27,427 nucleotides of DNA from Polyangiales bacterium. Lineage in GTDB: Bacteria; Myxococcota_A; Polyangia; Polyangiales; Houyiibacteriaceae. Where the stretch lies: contig JBGCFM010000004.1 of assembly GCA_045106895.1 (NCBI GenBank), positions 1-27,427 of the forward strand, read 5' to 3'. Shown piece by piece: positions 1 through 9,183 of the stretch (position 1 is its first letter; each line of letters begins with the position of its first letter). The notes under the pieces are model-generated. The model had not been told where the DNA came from and made no database searches. It saw only the letters and a list, made by a program, of their open reading frames with translations. Position numbers and translations under genes: made by a program.

Positions 1-516
1 CCCCAGTCGATGTTGTGCAGCTGATGGTAGGCGCCGGTGTCTTTGGACACCGCCCACAGAAGCCCGTCCGTCGACGACGAGGACTGAATCGGCAGGAGCC
101 CGCCGTTCTGCGTGATCGTGCCGGTGATCTGCGTCACGCCAATGTCGATATCGATGATCCGGCCGCCCGCCGGGACCACGACGTCGCTTTGCACGACGCG
201 GTACGCGTTCACCGCCGCGTCGCCGGGCGTGCGATTCTGCGCGTACACCCGGTTGAAGGTGCTGCCCGTTGTGTAGTTGCGCGTGTAGACGATGTCGTAG
301 ACGCCGGGGATGAGTTGCGACGCGTAGGTGTCGTCGTCTGCGGGACGACTGTACGAAGGCGAGCGCGCCCCCCAGTCGATGTTGTGCAGCTGATGGTACG
401 CGGCCGTGTCTTTGGACACCGCCCAGAGGATCCCGTCCGTCGACGACGAGGACTGAATGGGCAAGAGCCCTCCGTTCTGCGTGATCGTGCCGCTCACCTG
501 CGCCACGCCGATGTTG
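1..516 (-). repeat. Intragenic direct repeat with 369-bp (123-aa) period; 1..~147 matches 370..~516
   Basis: ccccagtcgatgttgtgcagctgatggta...gtctttggacaccgccca...ccgtccgtcgacgacgaggactgaat...ccgttctgcgtgatcgtgcc starts at both 1 and 370. Both copies encode GTITQNGGLLPIQSSSTDG[I/L]LWAVSKDT[A/G]AYHQLHNIDWG. Confidence 0.92.
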
Positions 517-2342
517 AACGTGGGGCCAAGGGGGCCCGTGCTCGCACACGTAGTGCCACCCCCGCAGGTGGCCGTGGGTGATCCAAGACAAACACTGCTC
601 GCGCTGCACACATCTCCGGTGGTGCAGGCGATGCCGTCATCGCAAGCCGCTCCCGGCGCAAGGGTGTCGAGGACAAAGCTGTCGCTCCCCTCATCGCAGC
701 TGTACATGGCACATGGCGTACTTGGTCCGGGCGCAGATGGCGGCCCGTCGGCGACGCAGCCAGCTGCGTCCGCCCCCGGTCCGGGCACGCAGTATTCAGC
801 GCCGGTGCAATAGAGGCCATCATCACACATCGCGTCGCTTTCGGTGTGGACAGCGCCTCCGCCTTCGCAACGGCCAACGGTGCACGGGATGCCATCATCC
901 GGCGGCGTGAGCGTGTCGTCGACGACGGAAACACACCCTTCCACAACGTCACATGAATCCGCGGTGCAGGCGTTGCCGTCGTCGCACACGACGGCTGAGC
1001 CTCCTCCGCAGACCGCGGCGGTGCAGGTCTGTCCGCTGACGCAGATATTGTCGTCGCAGTTGGAGCCATTCGCGAGTGGAGTGTGGACGCATACGCCGCC
1101 GACGACTTCATCGTCGGTGCATGGGTTGTCGTCGGTGCACGCCGGTGTGAAACACTCCGCGGCATCTCCGACGACTCGGCATGATTGATTCATCGCGAGG
1201 CAGCGGTTCGGCAAGCAGGGGTCCGTTGTGCAGCCGCCCGCACCGTCTGGGTGGGCGCCGGCATCGCATTCGCAAACAGCCGTGGCACCGACGGCCACGC
1301 ACACGCCCATCAGCGGCTCATCGCAGGGATTCGGCAGACAAGCATCCATGGTGCAGCCGCCCGCGCCATCCGCGTGATATCCGGCGGCGCACTCCGCGCA
1401 TTCCGCGCCATCGTCCCACTCGACATCACACATACACTCCGCCCGCCCCATCGTAACGGTGCAGCTCCCATGACCCGAGCACGTACTGGCTTCGCACGTT
1501 TCATCCGCCACACATCGGCCGTCCTCTTCGTGCGCTCCCGCATCACACTGGCAGCGAGGCGTGCCAGCATCATCGATGCAGACGGTCCGCATCGGCTCGA
1601 CGCAGAGGTTCGGCAAGCAGACATCCGTCGTACAGCCACCGACGCCATCCGCGTGGTAGCCGTTCGTCTCGTCGCACCCCTCGCATCGCTCACCGCCGAA
1701 GCCGAGTTCGCACTCACATTCGATAACCCCCTCACTCATGGAGCAGACGCCGTGGCCATCGCAGCTCGTGTCCGAACAGACGACGTCGATCACACAAGCG
1801 TCGCCCTCCGCGTGGGTACCCGCGTTGCATTCGCAGACCGCCCGCTCGTCGTAGACTTCGCAACGCATTCGCTCCGGGTCTTCGCACGGGTTTGGCTCAC
1901 AGGCGTTCTGAGTGCAGCGCCCCGTGCCGTCATCGTAGTAGCCTTCCGTCGCGTCGCAGTTTTCGCAGAAGCGGCCGTCTCGCCCTAGGGCGCAGTCGCA
2001 GACCGGGCCCCCTTCTTCCAAGCGGCAATCACCGTTCGAACCACAGGTCGCCTCGGTGCACTCCAGCATCGCTTCGCAGCTTCCGTCGCGCTCCTCGAAC
2101 CCCGCGTCACATACGCAGGCGGGTGCCCCGCCTTCGGCGGTGCAGACACTCCGGTTCGCCTCACTGCACTCCACCCCCTCGCACGGGTCCACGGGCCCGC
2201 TATCGGCGCTCAAGCCGTCCGCTTGTGCATCGCTCAAGGCACCGTCCTGTCCGGCGTCGGCCCCCGGCGCGGGTGTGGGCTCGCTGCATCCGACAAAGAG
2301 AAGCACCACGAAAACGGGGAGAATACGAGACATCGCGGCCAT
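1..2342 (-). CDS. Large Cys-rich lipoprotein with EGF/laminin-EGF-like modules, CTxDxC-type Cys repeats and 123-aa tandem repeats; 3' end beyond the left edge (partial)
   Basis: Manual translation from ATG 2342 (alternative ATG 2333) gives MAAMSRILPVFVVLLFVGC (lipobox-like FVGC), a DAG linker, then modules such as NACEPNPCEDPERMRC...CECNAGTH...CDGHGVC...CECELGFGGERCEGCDETNGYHADGVGGC. No in-frame stop down to base 3, which explains its absence from the ORF track. Confidence 0.9.
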   Translation of the reverse strand, partial: MAAMSRILPVFVVLLFVGCSEPTPAPGADAGQDGALSDAQADGLSADSGPVDPCEGVECSEANRSVCTAEGGAPACVCDAGFEERDGSCEAMLECTEATCGSNGDCRLEEGGPVCDCALGRDGRFCENCDATEGYYDDGTGRCTQNACEPNPCEDPERMRCEVYDERAVCECNAGTHAEGDACVIDVVCSDTSCDGHGVCSMSEGVIECECELGFGGERCEGCDETNGYHADGVGGCTTDVCLPNLCVEPMRTVCIDDAGTPRCQCDAGAHEEDGRCVADETCEASTCSGHGSCTVTMGRAECMCDVEWDDGAECAECAAGYHADGAGGCTMDACLPNPCDEPLMGVCVAVGATAVCECDAGAHPDGAGGCTTDPCLPNRCLAMNQSCRVVGDAAECFTPACTDDNPCTDDEVVGGVCVHTPLANGSNCDDNICVSGQTCTAAVCGGGSAVVCDDGNACTADSCDVVEGCVSVVDDTLTPPDDGIPCTVGRCEGGGAVHTESDAMCDDGLYCTGAEYCVPGPGADAAGCVADGPPSAPGPSTPCAMYSCDEGSDSFVLDTLAPGAACDDGIACTTGDVCSASSVCLGSPTATCGGGTTCASTGPLGPTFNIGVAQVSGTITQNGGLLPIQSSSSTDGILWAVSKDTAAYHQLHNIDWGARSPSYSRPADDDTYASQLIPGVYDIVYTRNYTTGSTFNRVYAQNRTPGDAAVNAYRVVQSDVVVPAGGRIIDIDIGVTQITGTITQNGGLLPIQSSSSTDGLLWAVSKDTGAYHQLHNIDW

Positions 2343-2405
2343 GGTGAGCCTTACGTCCAAGCGGCGCAATTCTCCCTTTTGGAGCCTCCTGCGGGTCAGG
2401 GCGGG

Positions 2406-4436
2406 TCAGGGGCCGCTGATGCCCTGAAGCGGATCGCGGGACGTCGCGCTGGAACCATCGAGGCCGTGGATATCGCCTTGGCTCAAATCGATGCGAGGCT
2501 GAAACGCACGCTCGTGAAACGCCTGAAGCGCGCGGGCCGCAAAGGCGTCCGGAGAGTCCGTGCTCTCGGGCGTGGTCTCGATGCAGTCATAGACGGTTCC
2601 TCCTGCGCCCATGAGACAGATCCGGGCGTTTGCCGCGTCGGCGCGGACGGTGACCTCAAGTCCGCGCTCACCGGTATCCAGGCGCGGACTCCGCTCCAGA
2701 CCGTCGACGATGGCATCGGCGATCTCGCCACCGCTGGACTCGATCGTCACCGGAATCGTGAAGCCGAGGCGTCGGAAGACGCCAGGGTCATCTTCGATAG
2801 CTTGCTCATACGCCATGGGGGCGCTGGCGTCTCCACGACGCTGCATCGCTTCGGCGCGGATGGCATCGACGCGCGCACGCAACAGAGACTCGCCAGCCCC
2901 AAGACCACGGCGAGCGCGTTCCGCGAGTTCGATGGCGCGCTCTTCGTCTCCGGCGACGAGGGCCGCCTCCGCTTCGAAAGCGTCGTAGTAGACCGGGGCT
3001 CCGTCACGTCCGTCGAGAGCGCGCGCGCGGGTAATGGCCGCACGCTCGACGCCGGCGCCGGCGACCTCCGCGAGCTCTCCAACAAGCCAGGGCGGAACGA
3101 CGGCTGCTCGGCTCGTACCGATTCGGTGCACGCCGACGAGGCGCTCTTCCTCGCTCAACAGTTTCACGGCCTGGCGACCACTGAGCCACCCTTCGAACTC
3201 GAGGCGCCACGCCTGAGCACGTGCCCACAGGCGATCCGTGAAGCCCTCGCCGGCGGCGAACTCGCGCCTTCGTGCGGCGACGGTACGGCGTGCGCGGCGG
3301 TCGAGGAGCGCGATGATGGCCCGGTCTTGAGCCGGGTCGCGGCTGTTGTGAGCACGACGGTCTGGCATCACGAGTGCAGCCTCGGTCACGTCGAGGGCTT
3401 CTTGGGCGCGTCCGACGGTGAGAAAAAACGCCGCAAGTGCGCGACGGCTCTCATTGCGGTCGCTGTCGCGAACGTGGGGCGGTCGCTGCGCTCGATAGCC
3501 AGGCACTTCACGGAGTGCCTGGAGCGCTTCAGGAAAACGGGCGCCGCGGGTGTAGAGCTCACCAAGTTCAAGCCAAGGGTTTCCGTACCAAGCAGCCGAG
3601 GCTTCGCTGGCCTCAAGCAACACCCGCTCTGCTTCGGCGAGGTTGAATACGCTTCGGGACGCCTCCGCAAAGTTGGCGAGGTCCACGGCACTCGGCTGTC
3701 CCGTTCGTCGGGCGTATTCCACCGCGGCACGGCAGGCTTCGTAGCTCTCCCCGTCGTTGCCCGCTTCAAACTCGATGGCGCAGAGCGAGTTGAGCGCGAT
3801 CTCCATCTCACGGGGCTGGCCGCTCTCGATGCCTTCGCGGGCCGCCGCACGCGCTTCTTCGTAGCGGTGCATCTTCATGAGAGGCCAAGCCTGACCCGCG
3901 ATAATCTTCGGGTTGTACCACTCGTTGTATCGCTCGATGTAGGCGACACGTTCTTCGTACTCTTCGAGGTCGCCATGAATGCCGCCAAGCTCGCGGAGGT
4001 AACGCGCGTGCCACTGCCAGGGCCACTGCCCCGTCTGCTGCGGCGATGTCCCGTTTTGGGCCTCGAAGAGCTGCATGGCTTTGTTCATGTGGAACATGGC
4101 CATCGGAAAGTTGGCTTCGGCATAGTGGTGCACCCAGGCCAATACAAACTCACCAACGTGGGAGTTCGGGTTCGCGCGGACCAGCGCTTCGCCGGCCTCT
4201 CGTGCCTTGATGAGCTTGTTCTGCTGAACGTAAGAGAAGGCGCGTAGCTCTTCGGGGGTCCCTGGAGCGCCGGGCTGAGGAGGCGCCACGAAGTCACTGG
4301 CGTCGTAGTCCTCCCCCGCCTGAGCGAAACCGGCAAAGGACGCGAAGAGCAGACCCGCCGCAAGGGAGAGCGCGATGACACGCCAAGGCGAGAGCCCCGC
4401 TCCTGCGTCTCGGCGATGGCACATCCCGGAGTTCAT
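2406..4436 (-). CDS. Exported alpha-helical tetratricopeptide-repeat-like protein (~676 aa)
   Basis: Start reassigned to ATG 4436 (ATGA overlap with the MoxR stop at 4433-4435). Signal-like segment WRVIALSLAAGLLFASFAGFAQA; TPR-like helices such as PWLELGELYTRGARFPEALQALRE and AFFLTVGRAQEALDVTEAAL. Confidence 0.8.
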   Translation of the reverse strand: MNSGMCHRRDAGAGLSPWRVIALSLAAGLLFASFAGFAQAGEDYDASDFVAPPQPGAPGTPEELRAFSYVQQNKLIKAREAGEALVRANPNSHVGEFVLAWVHHYAEANFPMAMFHMNKAMQLFEAQNGTSPQQTGQWPWQWHARYLRELGGIHGDLEEYEERVAYIERYNEWYNPKIIAGQAWPLMKMHRYEEARAAAREGIESGQPREMEIALNSLCAIEFEAGNDGESYEACRAAVEYARRTGQPSAVDLANFAEASRSVFNLAEAERVLLEASEASAAWYGNPWLELGELYTRGARFPEALQALREVPGYRAQRPPHVRDSDRNESRRALAAFFLTVGRAQEALDVTEAALVMPDRRAHNSRDPAQDRAIIALLDRRARRTVAARRREFAAGEGFTDRLWARAQAWRLEFEGWLSGRQAVKLLSEEERLVGVHRIGTSRAAVVPPWLVGELAEVAGAGVERAAITRARALDGRDGAPVYYDAFEAEAALVAGDEERAIELAERARRGLGAGESLLRARVDAIRAEAMQRRGDASAPMAYEQAIEDDPGVFRRLGFTIPVTIESSGGEIADAIVDGLERSPRLDTGERGLEVTVRADAANARICLMGAGGTVYDCIETTPESTDSPDAFAARALQAFHERAFQPRIDLSQGDIHGLDGSSATSRDPLQGISGP

Positions 4437-5464
4437 GCGCGGGCGAGGCTCGCTTTGGCAAGACGTTCGAGCTGCGGCGCGAGGGCGCCCCGGATGACGT
4501 CGGCGGGATCGTCGCCACCCGTCGCGAGCTCCAAGCGGTGACGAAAAACATGCGGAGCGAGAGCTTCGAGGTCTTCCGGCGACACATAGTCGCGGCCGTG
4601 GATGAGTGCGCGCGCCTGAAGCGCAGGCATGAGAAGCACCAGCGAACGCGTCGACGCGCCCTGTAGAACACGAGGATCTTCGCGGAGACCGCGCGCCAGG
4701 TCGACCATGCATTCGCGGACGATGGGAGCGAGGAAGATGTTCTCGCGCGACGCCGCGCGGGCGGCGAGGACCTCCGCGCGGGTCACGCCTTGCTGCGCTT
4801 CCGCGCGGTCGAGGTGCCGGACCGGGTACGTCGCGAGAACGTCGAGTTCCGCTTCCCGTGAGATGTGATGCATCTGAATCTTGAAGAGGAAACGGTCGAG
4901 CTGCGGCGTTGGAAGCGGATACGTACCGGCGAGGTCGACGGGGTTCTGAGTGGCGATGACAAAGAAGAGTTCATCGAGACCGATGGAGCGGTCGTCCACG
5001 GTGACCTGCTTTTCGCCCATCGCCTCGAGCATCGCCGCCTGAACCTTCGGCGAGGTTCGGTTGATCTCATCGGCGAGGACGATGTGAGAGAAGATAGGCC
5101 CACGCCGAAAGTCGAATCCACCCGCGTCGACGTCGAAGACGTTCGTTCCAGTGATGTCGCTGGGCAATAGGTCCGGCGTAAACTGAATACGTCGAAACGG
5201 TGCGACACCGTCGATCTCGCCCGCGCTGATCGACGCTCCGAGGGCGCGGGCGAGGGTTGTCTTGCCCGAGCCAGGAAAGTCCTCGAGGAGAACATGACCA
5301 TCCGCGATGAGCGCAATGAGTACGAGTTCAATCACGTCGTCGCGACCCATGACCGCAGCGCGAAGCCTGTGCTGAAGGCGAACGATGGTGTTGTGAGCCG
5401 CGTCGAGGGCGGCGATGTCGAGAGCAGCGCCGGGGGCTGCCGGTGTCGAGGAGGGGAGTGTCAT
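4433..5464 (-). CDS. moxR: MoxR-family AAA+ ATPase (~343 aa)
   Basis: GHVLLEDFPGSGKT (Walker A), RIQFTPDLLPSDITG, VLADEINR (Walker B), ATQNP, GTYPLPTPQLDRF and GASTR are typical MoxR motifs. Start 5464 chosen from the ATGA overlap with the upstream gene. Confidence 0.95.
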   Translation of the reverse strand: MTLPSSTPAAPGAALDIAALDAAHNTIVRLQHRLRAAVMGRDDVIELVLIALIADGHVLLEDFPGSGKTTLARALGASISAGEIDGVAPFRRIQFTPDLLPSDITGTNVFDVDAGGFDFRRGPIFSHIVLADEINRTSPKVQAAMLEAMGEKQVTVDDRSIGLDELFFVIATQNPVDLAGTYPLPTPQLDRFLFKIQMHHISREAELDVLATYPVRHLDRAEAQQGVTRAEVLAARAASRENIFLAPIVRECMVDLARGLREDPRVLQGASTRSLVLLMPALQARALIHGRDYVSPEDLEALAPHVFRHRLELATGGDDPADVIRGALAPQLERLAKASLARA

Positions 5465-7659
5465 CGTGATGTGATCCAGGACCAGGGGGTAAGGACGCCG
5501 AGGAGACGGCGCCAAAGCGGAACGTGTTCGCTGAGTTCTTTTCGAAGTGTCCGCAGGAGCGGCAGCGCTTCAGATTTCGTGAAACGGCGCCGCGAACCAA
5601 ACGCTGCGGCGACGTGGTGACGCGTGAGAGAGTCGAGCGAAGGCAGCTCGACGGCGACGCGCGCCGCGAAGGACTCGCGGCTCTCGCCGACTTCGCGACG
5701 AATGCCGTTTTCGCTCAGTCGGTCCAAAGCTGCGCGATACGCCACCCGCGCTTGGTCCGCGTCGGAAGCGAAGGTTGGCGAGATACGCCGCCAGAACTTC
5801 AGCACAACAAGCGCGATGAAGAGCAACGCAGCAAAGACGAGGGAGCCCCAGCCAACGGCCTTGAGGATGTCGATCCCTTGAGCGATGGCTGCAGGGAGCG
5901 GCGCCTCTGGATCAGGCGGAAGCGGCCTCAAGCCTCGAGCGAGCTCTCCGAGGAGCCGCTGCAAGTCGGCGTCCGGCGGTGATGGCGGCGGAGAGATGAC
6001 GTTTTGCGGAGAGATGTCGGTGACGACCCATCCAAACCCTTCGAGATAGACCTCCGGCCAAGCGTGCGAGGTGTTGCCGCTGACCAAGAGCGCGCTTCCG
6101 CCACGGCGGTTCTCTTCGGCGATGGCGTAGCCTGTGGCGACGCGCGTGGGGATGCCGGACGCGCGGAGAAGGTACGCCCCGGCGTGAGCAAAGTGAACGC
6201 AGTAGCCGGTCTTGTCTCCGAAGAGAAAGTTCGCCGTGGGGTCGTCCGCGTCGGCGTGACGTGTCCGGAGGCTGTAGGTGCCTTCGCGGCCGAGCCAGCT
6301 GGTGATCGCCGCGACGCGAGCCACCGGGTCTTCCATCAAGTGCGCGGGAAGACTCTCTTGAAGAATACGCTCTGCGAGCTCCGCATAGCGCGGGTCGTCG
6401 GGGCCGTCGGTGTAGTGCTGGAACGTCTCCGGCGACCAGGCCGAGTTCCCCGCCGTGGAGCCGATCATGGAGACGAAGTCCGCGAGCATGACCGCGGACG
6501 TCACGGAGTAGGTTCTGCGAAAGCGCTCAGGATCGGGGTTTGTCGCCGGCTGCAGCGTGACCGGCGCTTCCAGTCCGAAGGGCCGCGTATGCTCCGCGAG
6601 GAGCGCGACGGTGGTGCGAACCTGAGTGCGGTTGGCGTTAAACGGAGGTGCACCTTCGATGTCGTATGCGCGAAGCGGAAAGTCCTGGGCGATATCGTTG
6701 TTGAGGCCAGCCTCCGCCGCGGCCACCAGGCGGTTGCCGTTGAACTGGGAGAACGCGCCCTGACGGAAGTAATAGGTGCCCGTCGGCGCCGAGTAATCAT
6801 CATGAAAGAGCACAACACCGACGGGTGCTTGGTCGCTGTCATTCTCGATGTTGTCGCGAAACTCGAGTTCGTCGTCGTTTCGTTGCTCGCCGCCCTCCCC
6901 GCCTTGACCCCCTTCGCCGTCTTCGGGGTCACCTTCTTCTTCGCCTGGCCGAAGACCGAGGCCCGCCCCACCAGGAGGAGGCGCCGGCATTTCGAGGGCG
7001 GAGGATGAGGCGAAGAACACGAGAAGCAGAAGGGACACCGCCGCCAAGTGGAGGAGCGAGCGAAGCCCGCTCTCGCGAAGCAGCAAGAGCACCACCACGG
7101 CCGTCGCGCAGCCACCGACAAAGAAGAACACGACCGTCGGGTCGCCGCCTGTAGCCATGATGGGATCGGCGAGTTCGAATGGGCGGTTGATGGCGCCCTG
7201 GCGGTGGGCCACGACGAGCTGCCCAAAGGACCAAGCGATGGCCCCGACTTCGACGGCGCCAAGGGCGCGGAGTCGAAGTGTTCCGCTGCGCAGAGCCAAG
7301 GTTGCGGCGCCTGCTGCAAAGAAAAAGAAGAGCGAATCCCCGGCCCGGAGTGCGCTCTCGGCGCCCAACGAGAGCGTGATGCTCTCAACGCCGGTGACGG
7401 CGAAGCGCACGACGAGGGCCGTCGCGAAGACTCCCAAGGCCACGCCAAAGAGAGCGGGCGCGCGAAGACGTGAGCGGGCGGCGCGCGGCGCGACAAGCGC
7501 CGCAATAAAGCTCCCGGCGGCGGCGGCGGCGGCGGCTTCTGCGAGGCCCAGAGGCCACACAAACACCGCAGCCGTGAGCGCATGCACGAAGGCATGAAGG
7601 AGGCGAATGCCCCAGCCCGTCTGTGCGTCGCCAGGGGCGGACGTAGCAGCGTCGCTCAT
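5461..7659 (-). CDS. Polytopic membrane protein with transglutaminase-like Cys-His-Asp domain (TgpA/YebA-like)
   Basis: Multiple N-terminal hydrophobic helices; FLFGDKTGYCVHFA (catalytic Cys), GIPTRVATGY, SHAWPEVYLEGFGWVVTDISP (His, Asp); a C-terminal TM and a DUF4129-like tail (GESRESFAARV). Confidence 0.9.
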   Translation of the reverse strand: MSDAATSAPGDAQTGWGIRLLHAFVHALTAAVFVWPLGLAEAAAAAAAGSFIAALVAPRAARSRLRAPALFGVALGVFATALVVRFAVTGVESITLSLGAESALRAGDSLFFFFAAGAATLALRSGTLRLRALGAVEVGAIAWSFGQLVVAHRQGAINRPFELADPIMATGGDPTVVFFFVGGCATAVVVLLLLRESGLRSLLHLAAVSLLLLVFFASSSALEMPAPPPGGAGLGLRPGEEEGDPEDGEGGQGGEGGEQRNDDELEFRDNIENDSDQAPVGVVLFHDDYSAPTGTYYFRQGAFSQFNGNRLVAAAEAGLNNDIAQDFPLRAYDIEGAPPFNANRTQVRTTVALLAEHTRPFGLEAPVTLQPATNPDPERFRRTYSVTSAVMLADFVSMIGSTAGNSAWSPETFQHYTDGPDDPRYAELAERILQESLPAHLMEDPVARVAAITSWLGREGTYSLRTRHADADDPTANFLFGDKTGYCVHFAHAGAYLLRASGIPTRVATGYAIAEENRRGGSALLVSGNTSHAWPEVYLEGFGWVVTDISPQNVISPPPSPPDADLQRLLGELARGLRPLPPDPEAPLPAAIAQGIDILKAVGWGSLVFAALLFIALVVLKFWRRISPTFASDADQARVAYRAALDRLSENGIRREVGESRESFAARVAVELPSLDSLTRHHVAAAFGSRRRFTKSEALPLLRTLRKELSEHVPLWRRLLGVLTPWSWITSR

Positions 7660-8981
7660 GCCGCGACCTTCTTCGTAGCAAGGATCGGCGCGTCCGTTGT
7701 TTTCGAAGCGCGAAGGTGGGCCGCCGAGAGCTCCCGGCCCGTATGACGGTCAAAGATGCGCACCCGCACTTGAGCCCCGGCGAGCTTGCTGCAGATCGCG
7801 CGAAGCGGCGCAAGGGACGTGGAGCTCAGTTCTTGCGGCTTCGTCAGGAAGCGCTGGACCCACCGATGTTTGGGGCGCTCGCCAACACCGTCGACGCCGA
7901 TGATCACCTGCATGCGCGCAGAGCGCCCTTTGGACACGGAGAGCACATGGTCCAGCCACTCTCCTTCTTCCGCGGGCGCGAAGACCACGAGGGACGCGGG
8001 CCCTCGACGCTCTTCGTCCTCGACGAACGACGAAAGCCCGGCGCCGCCCTTTGAACGGTAGTCGATGGATCGAACGACGGCGTCGAGGGCCTTGGGTATG
8101 TCTTCGCAGGCGGCTGAGCCATCCGCTGCAAACGTCCACTCGTCACCGAGGCCCGCGCTAATCGCAACGCGCGAAGCCGCCGCACTCGCGCTATCCGCCG
8201 GACCTGCGACGAGGTAAGCGATGGTGCGGCGAGTCTGAATGAGCGCCCGCTCCGGCATTCGAACGACCAACTTTCGAGTGCGCGCGAAGATATTCCAGTG
8301 GATGAAGCGCGCCGGATCACCGGGCGCATAGCGGCGGAGCTCAACGCGATCTCCTTCGGCGATGCCCATCGGGTGCGGGATGTCCTCACCGCCGGCGAGA
8401 GCCGTGAGGGCCGGCAGCCTTGAGAGAGCGCCAACGTGCGGCAGCACCTCCAGCATGACGGGGTCGTCGTGACGCACAGCGAGACGAACGAGGCCGAAGG
8501 GATCCTGCACGATCACGCGACGTCGTAATCCTTCGCGCCTTCCTCGTTCGGCGACCGTGAGTCGTTCGACGCGGACTCCCGACACGCGATGTGTCTCGGC
8601 ACTGATCCCTGGCTCCGGCAGCCCCTTCGACGTCTCAAGCTCCCACTCGATTTGGACCAGCGGCAGCCAAACGAACGATGGCAGCTTGAAGTCGCTGGGG
8701 TGCGCGCGTTCCGTCTCAAGCTGGAGCGTGCGAGAAAGAAGACCTAGACGGCGGAGCTTTCGGTCGACGAGCGCGACGCCGAGAAGAACGAAGAGCGTGC
8801 ACAAAGCGAGGAGGCCCATCGCGCCATAGCCGAGTACCAAAAACACGAGGTCGAGCTGAACGAACGCGAGCTCGTGAAGCGCCACAAAAGCGAACGCCGC
8901 CGAGAGCAGCCCGAGAGGCCGCCATGGAAAGAGGTCACGGCCGCGACGAAAGAGTGCGCGTGCTTTGGGAAAACGAGTCAT
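7656..8981 (-). CDS. DUF58 domain-containing membrane protein
   Basis: Two N-terminal TMs, DPFGL, and ELRRYAPGDPARFIHWNIFARTRKLVVR (DUF58 signature); MoxR/transglutaminase context. Confidence 0.9.
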   Translation of the reverse strand: MTRFPKARALFRRGRDLFPWRPLGLLSAAFAFVALHELAFVQLDLVFLVLGYGAMGLLALCTLFVLLGVALVDRKLRRLGLLSRTLQLETERAHPSDFKLPSFVWLPLVQIEWELETSKGLPEPGISAETHRVSGVRVERLTVAERGRREGLRRRVIVQDPFGLVRLAVRHDDPVMLEVLPHVGALSRLPALTALAGGEDIPHPMGIAEGDRVELRRYAPGDPARFIHWNIFARTRKLVVRMPERALIQTRRTIAYLVAGPADSASAAASRVAISAGLGDEWTFAADGSAACEDIPKALDAVVRSIDYRSKGGAGLSSFVEDEERRGPASLVVFAPAEEGEWLDHVLSVSKGRSARMQVIIGVDGVGERPKHRWVQRFLTKPQELSSTSLAPLRAICSKLAGAQVRVRIFDRHTGRELSAAHLRASKTTDAPILATKKVAA

Positions 8982-9136
8982 CGTACGAGGAGAGGCATCA
9001 TAAGGCGTATGCGACGGGGGGCGAGGTCGTATCAGCCTTTACCCTCCCCAGTTCCACCGGGATCACTCTCAAGACGCCTGGGCACCGTTTAAGTTCCCAG
9101 AAGAATCGGGGTTTTTGGCCGCTTCGCAGGTCATCC

Positions 9137-9155
9137 TTGTCGCTCCCCTCGACAA
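9137..9155. promoter_or_regulatory. Candidate dimeric transcription-factor site TTGTCG-N7-CGACAA in a divergent intergenic region
   Basis: Perfect 6-bp inverted repeat; ACAAT recurs at 9152, 9173 and 9181. Confidence 0.3.
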
Positions 9156-9183
9156 TTCGGTCTTGGACACTCACAATTGAACA

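Noticed and set aside
2391..2411. Short direct repeat GCGGGTCAGGG across the TPR stop codon
   Set aside because: Only two 11-bp copies with no flanking mobile element; probably a trivial local duplication.
2223..4247. 674-aa + strand ORF and other long antisense ORFs (e.g. 1185..1988, 6004..7008, 15207..16331, 20406..21452, 21546..22607, 26350..26949)
   Set aside because: They are shadow frames opposite well-supported genes in GC-rich DNA and carry no recognisable motifs.
4437..4712. N-terminal extensions in the ORF track (TPR to 4712, MoxR to 5515, zinc-ribbon to 14932, kinase to 26312, GldG from 20148)
   Set aside because: They overlap neighbouring genes or look non-coding; ATGA overlaps and domain starts support the shorter starts.
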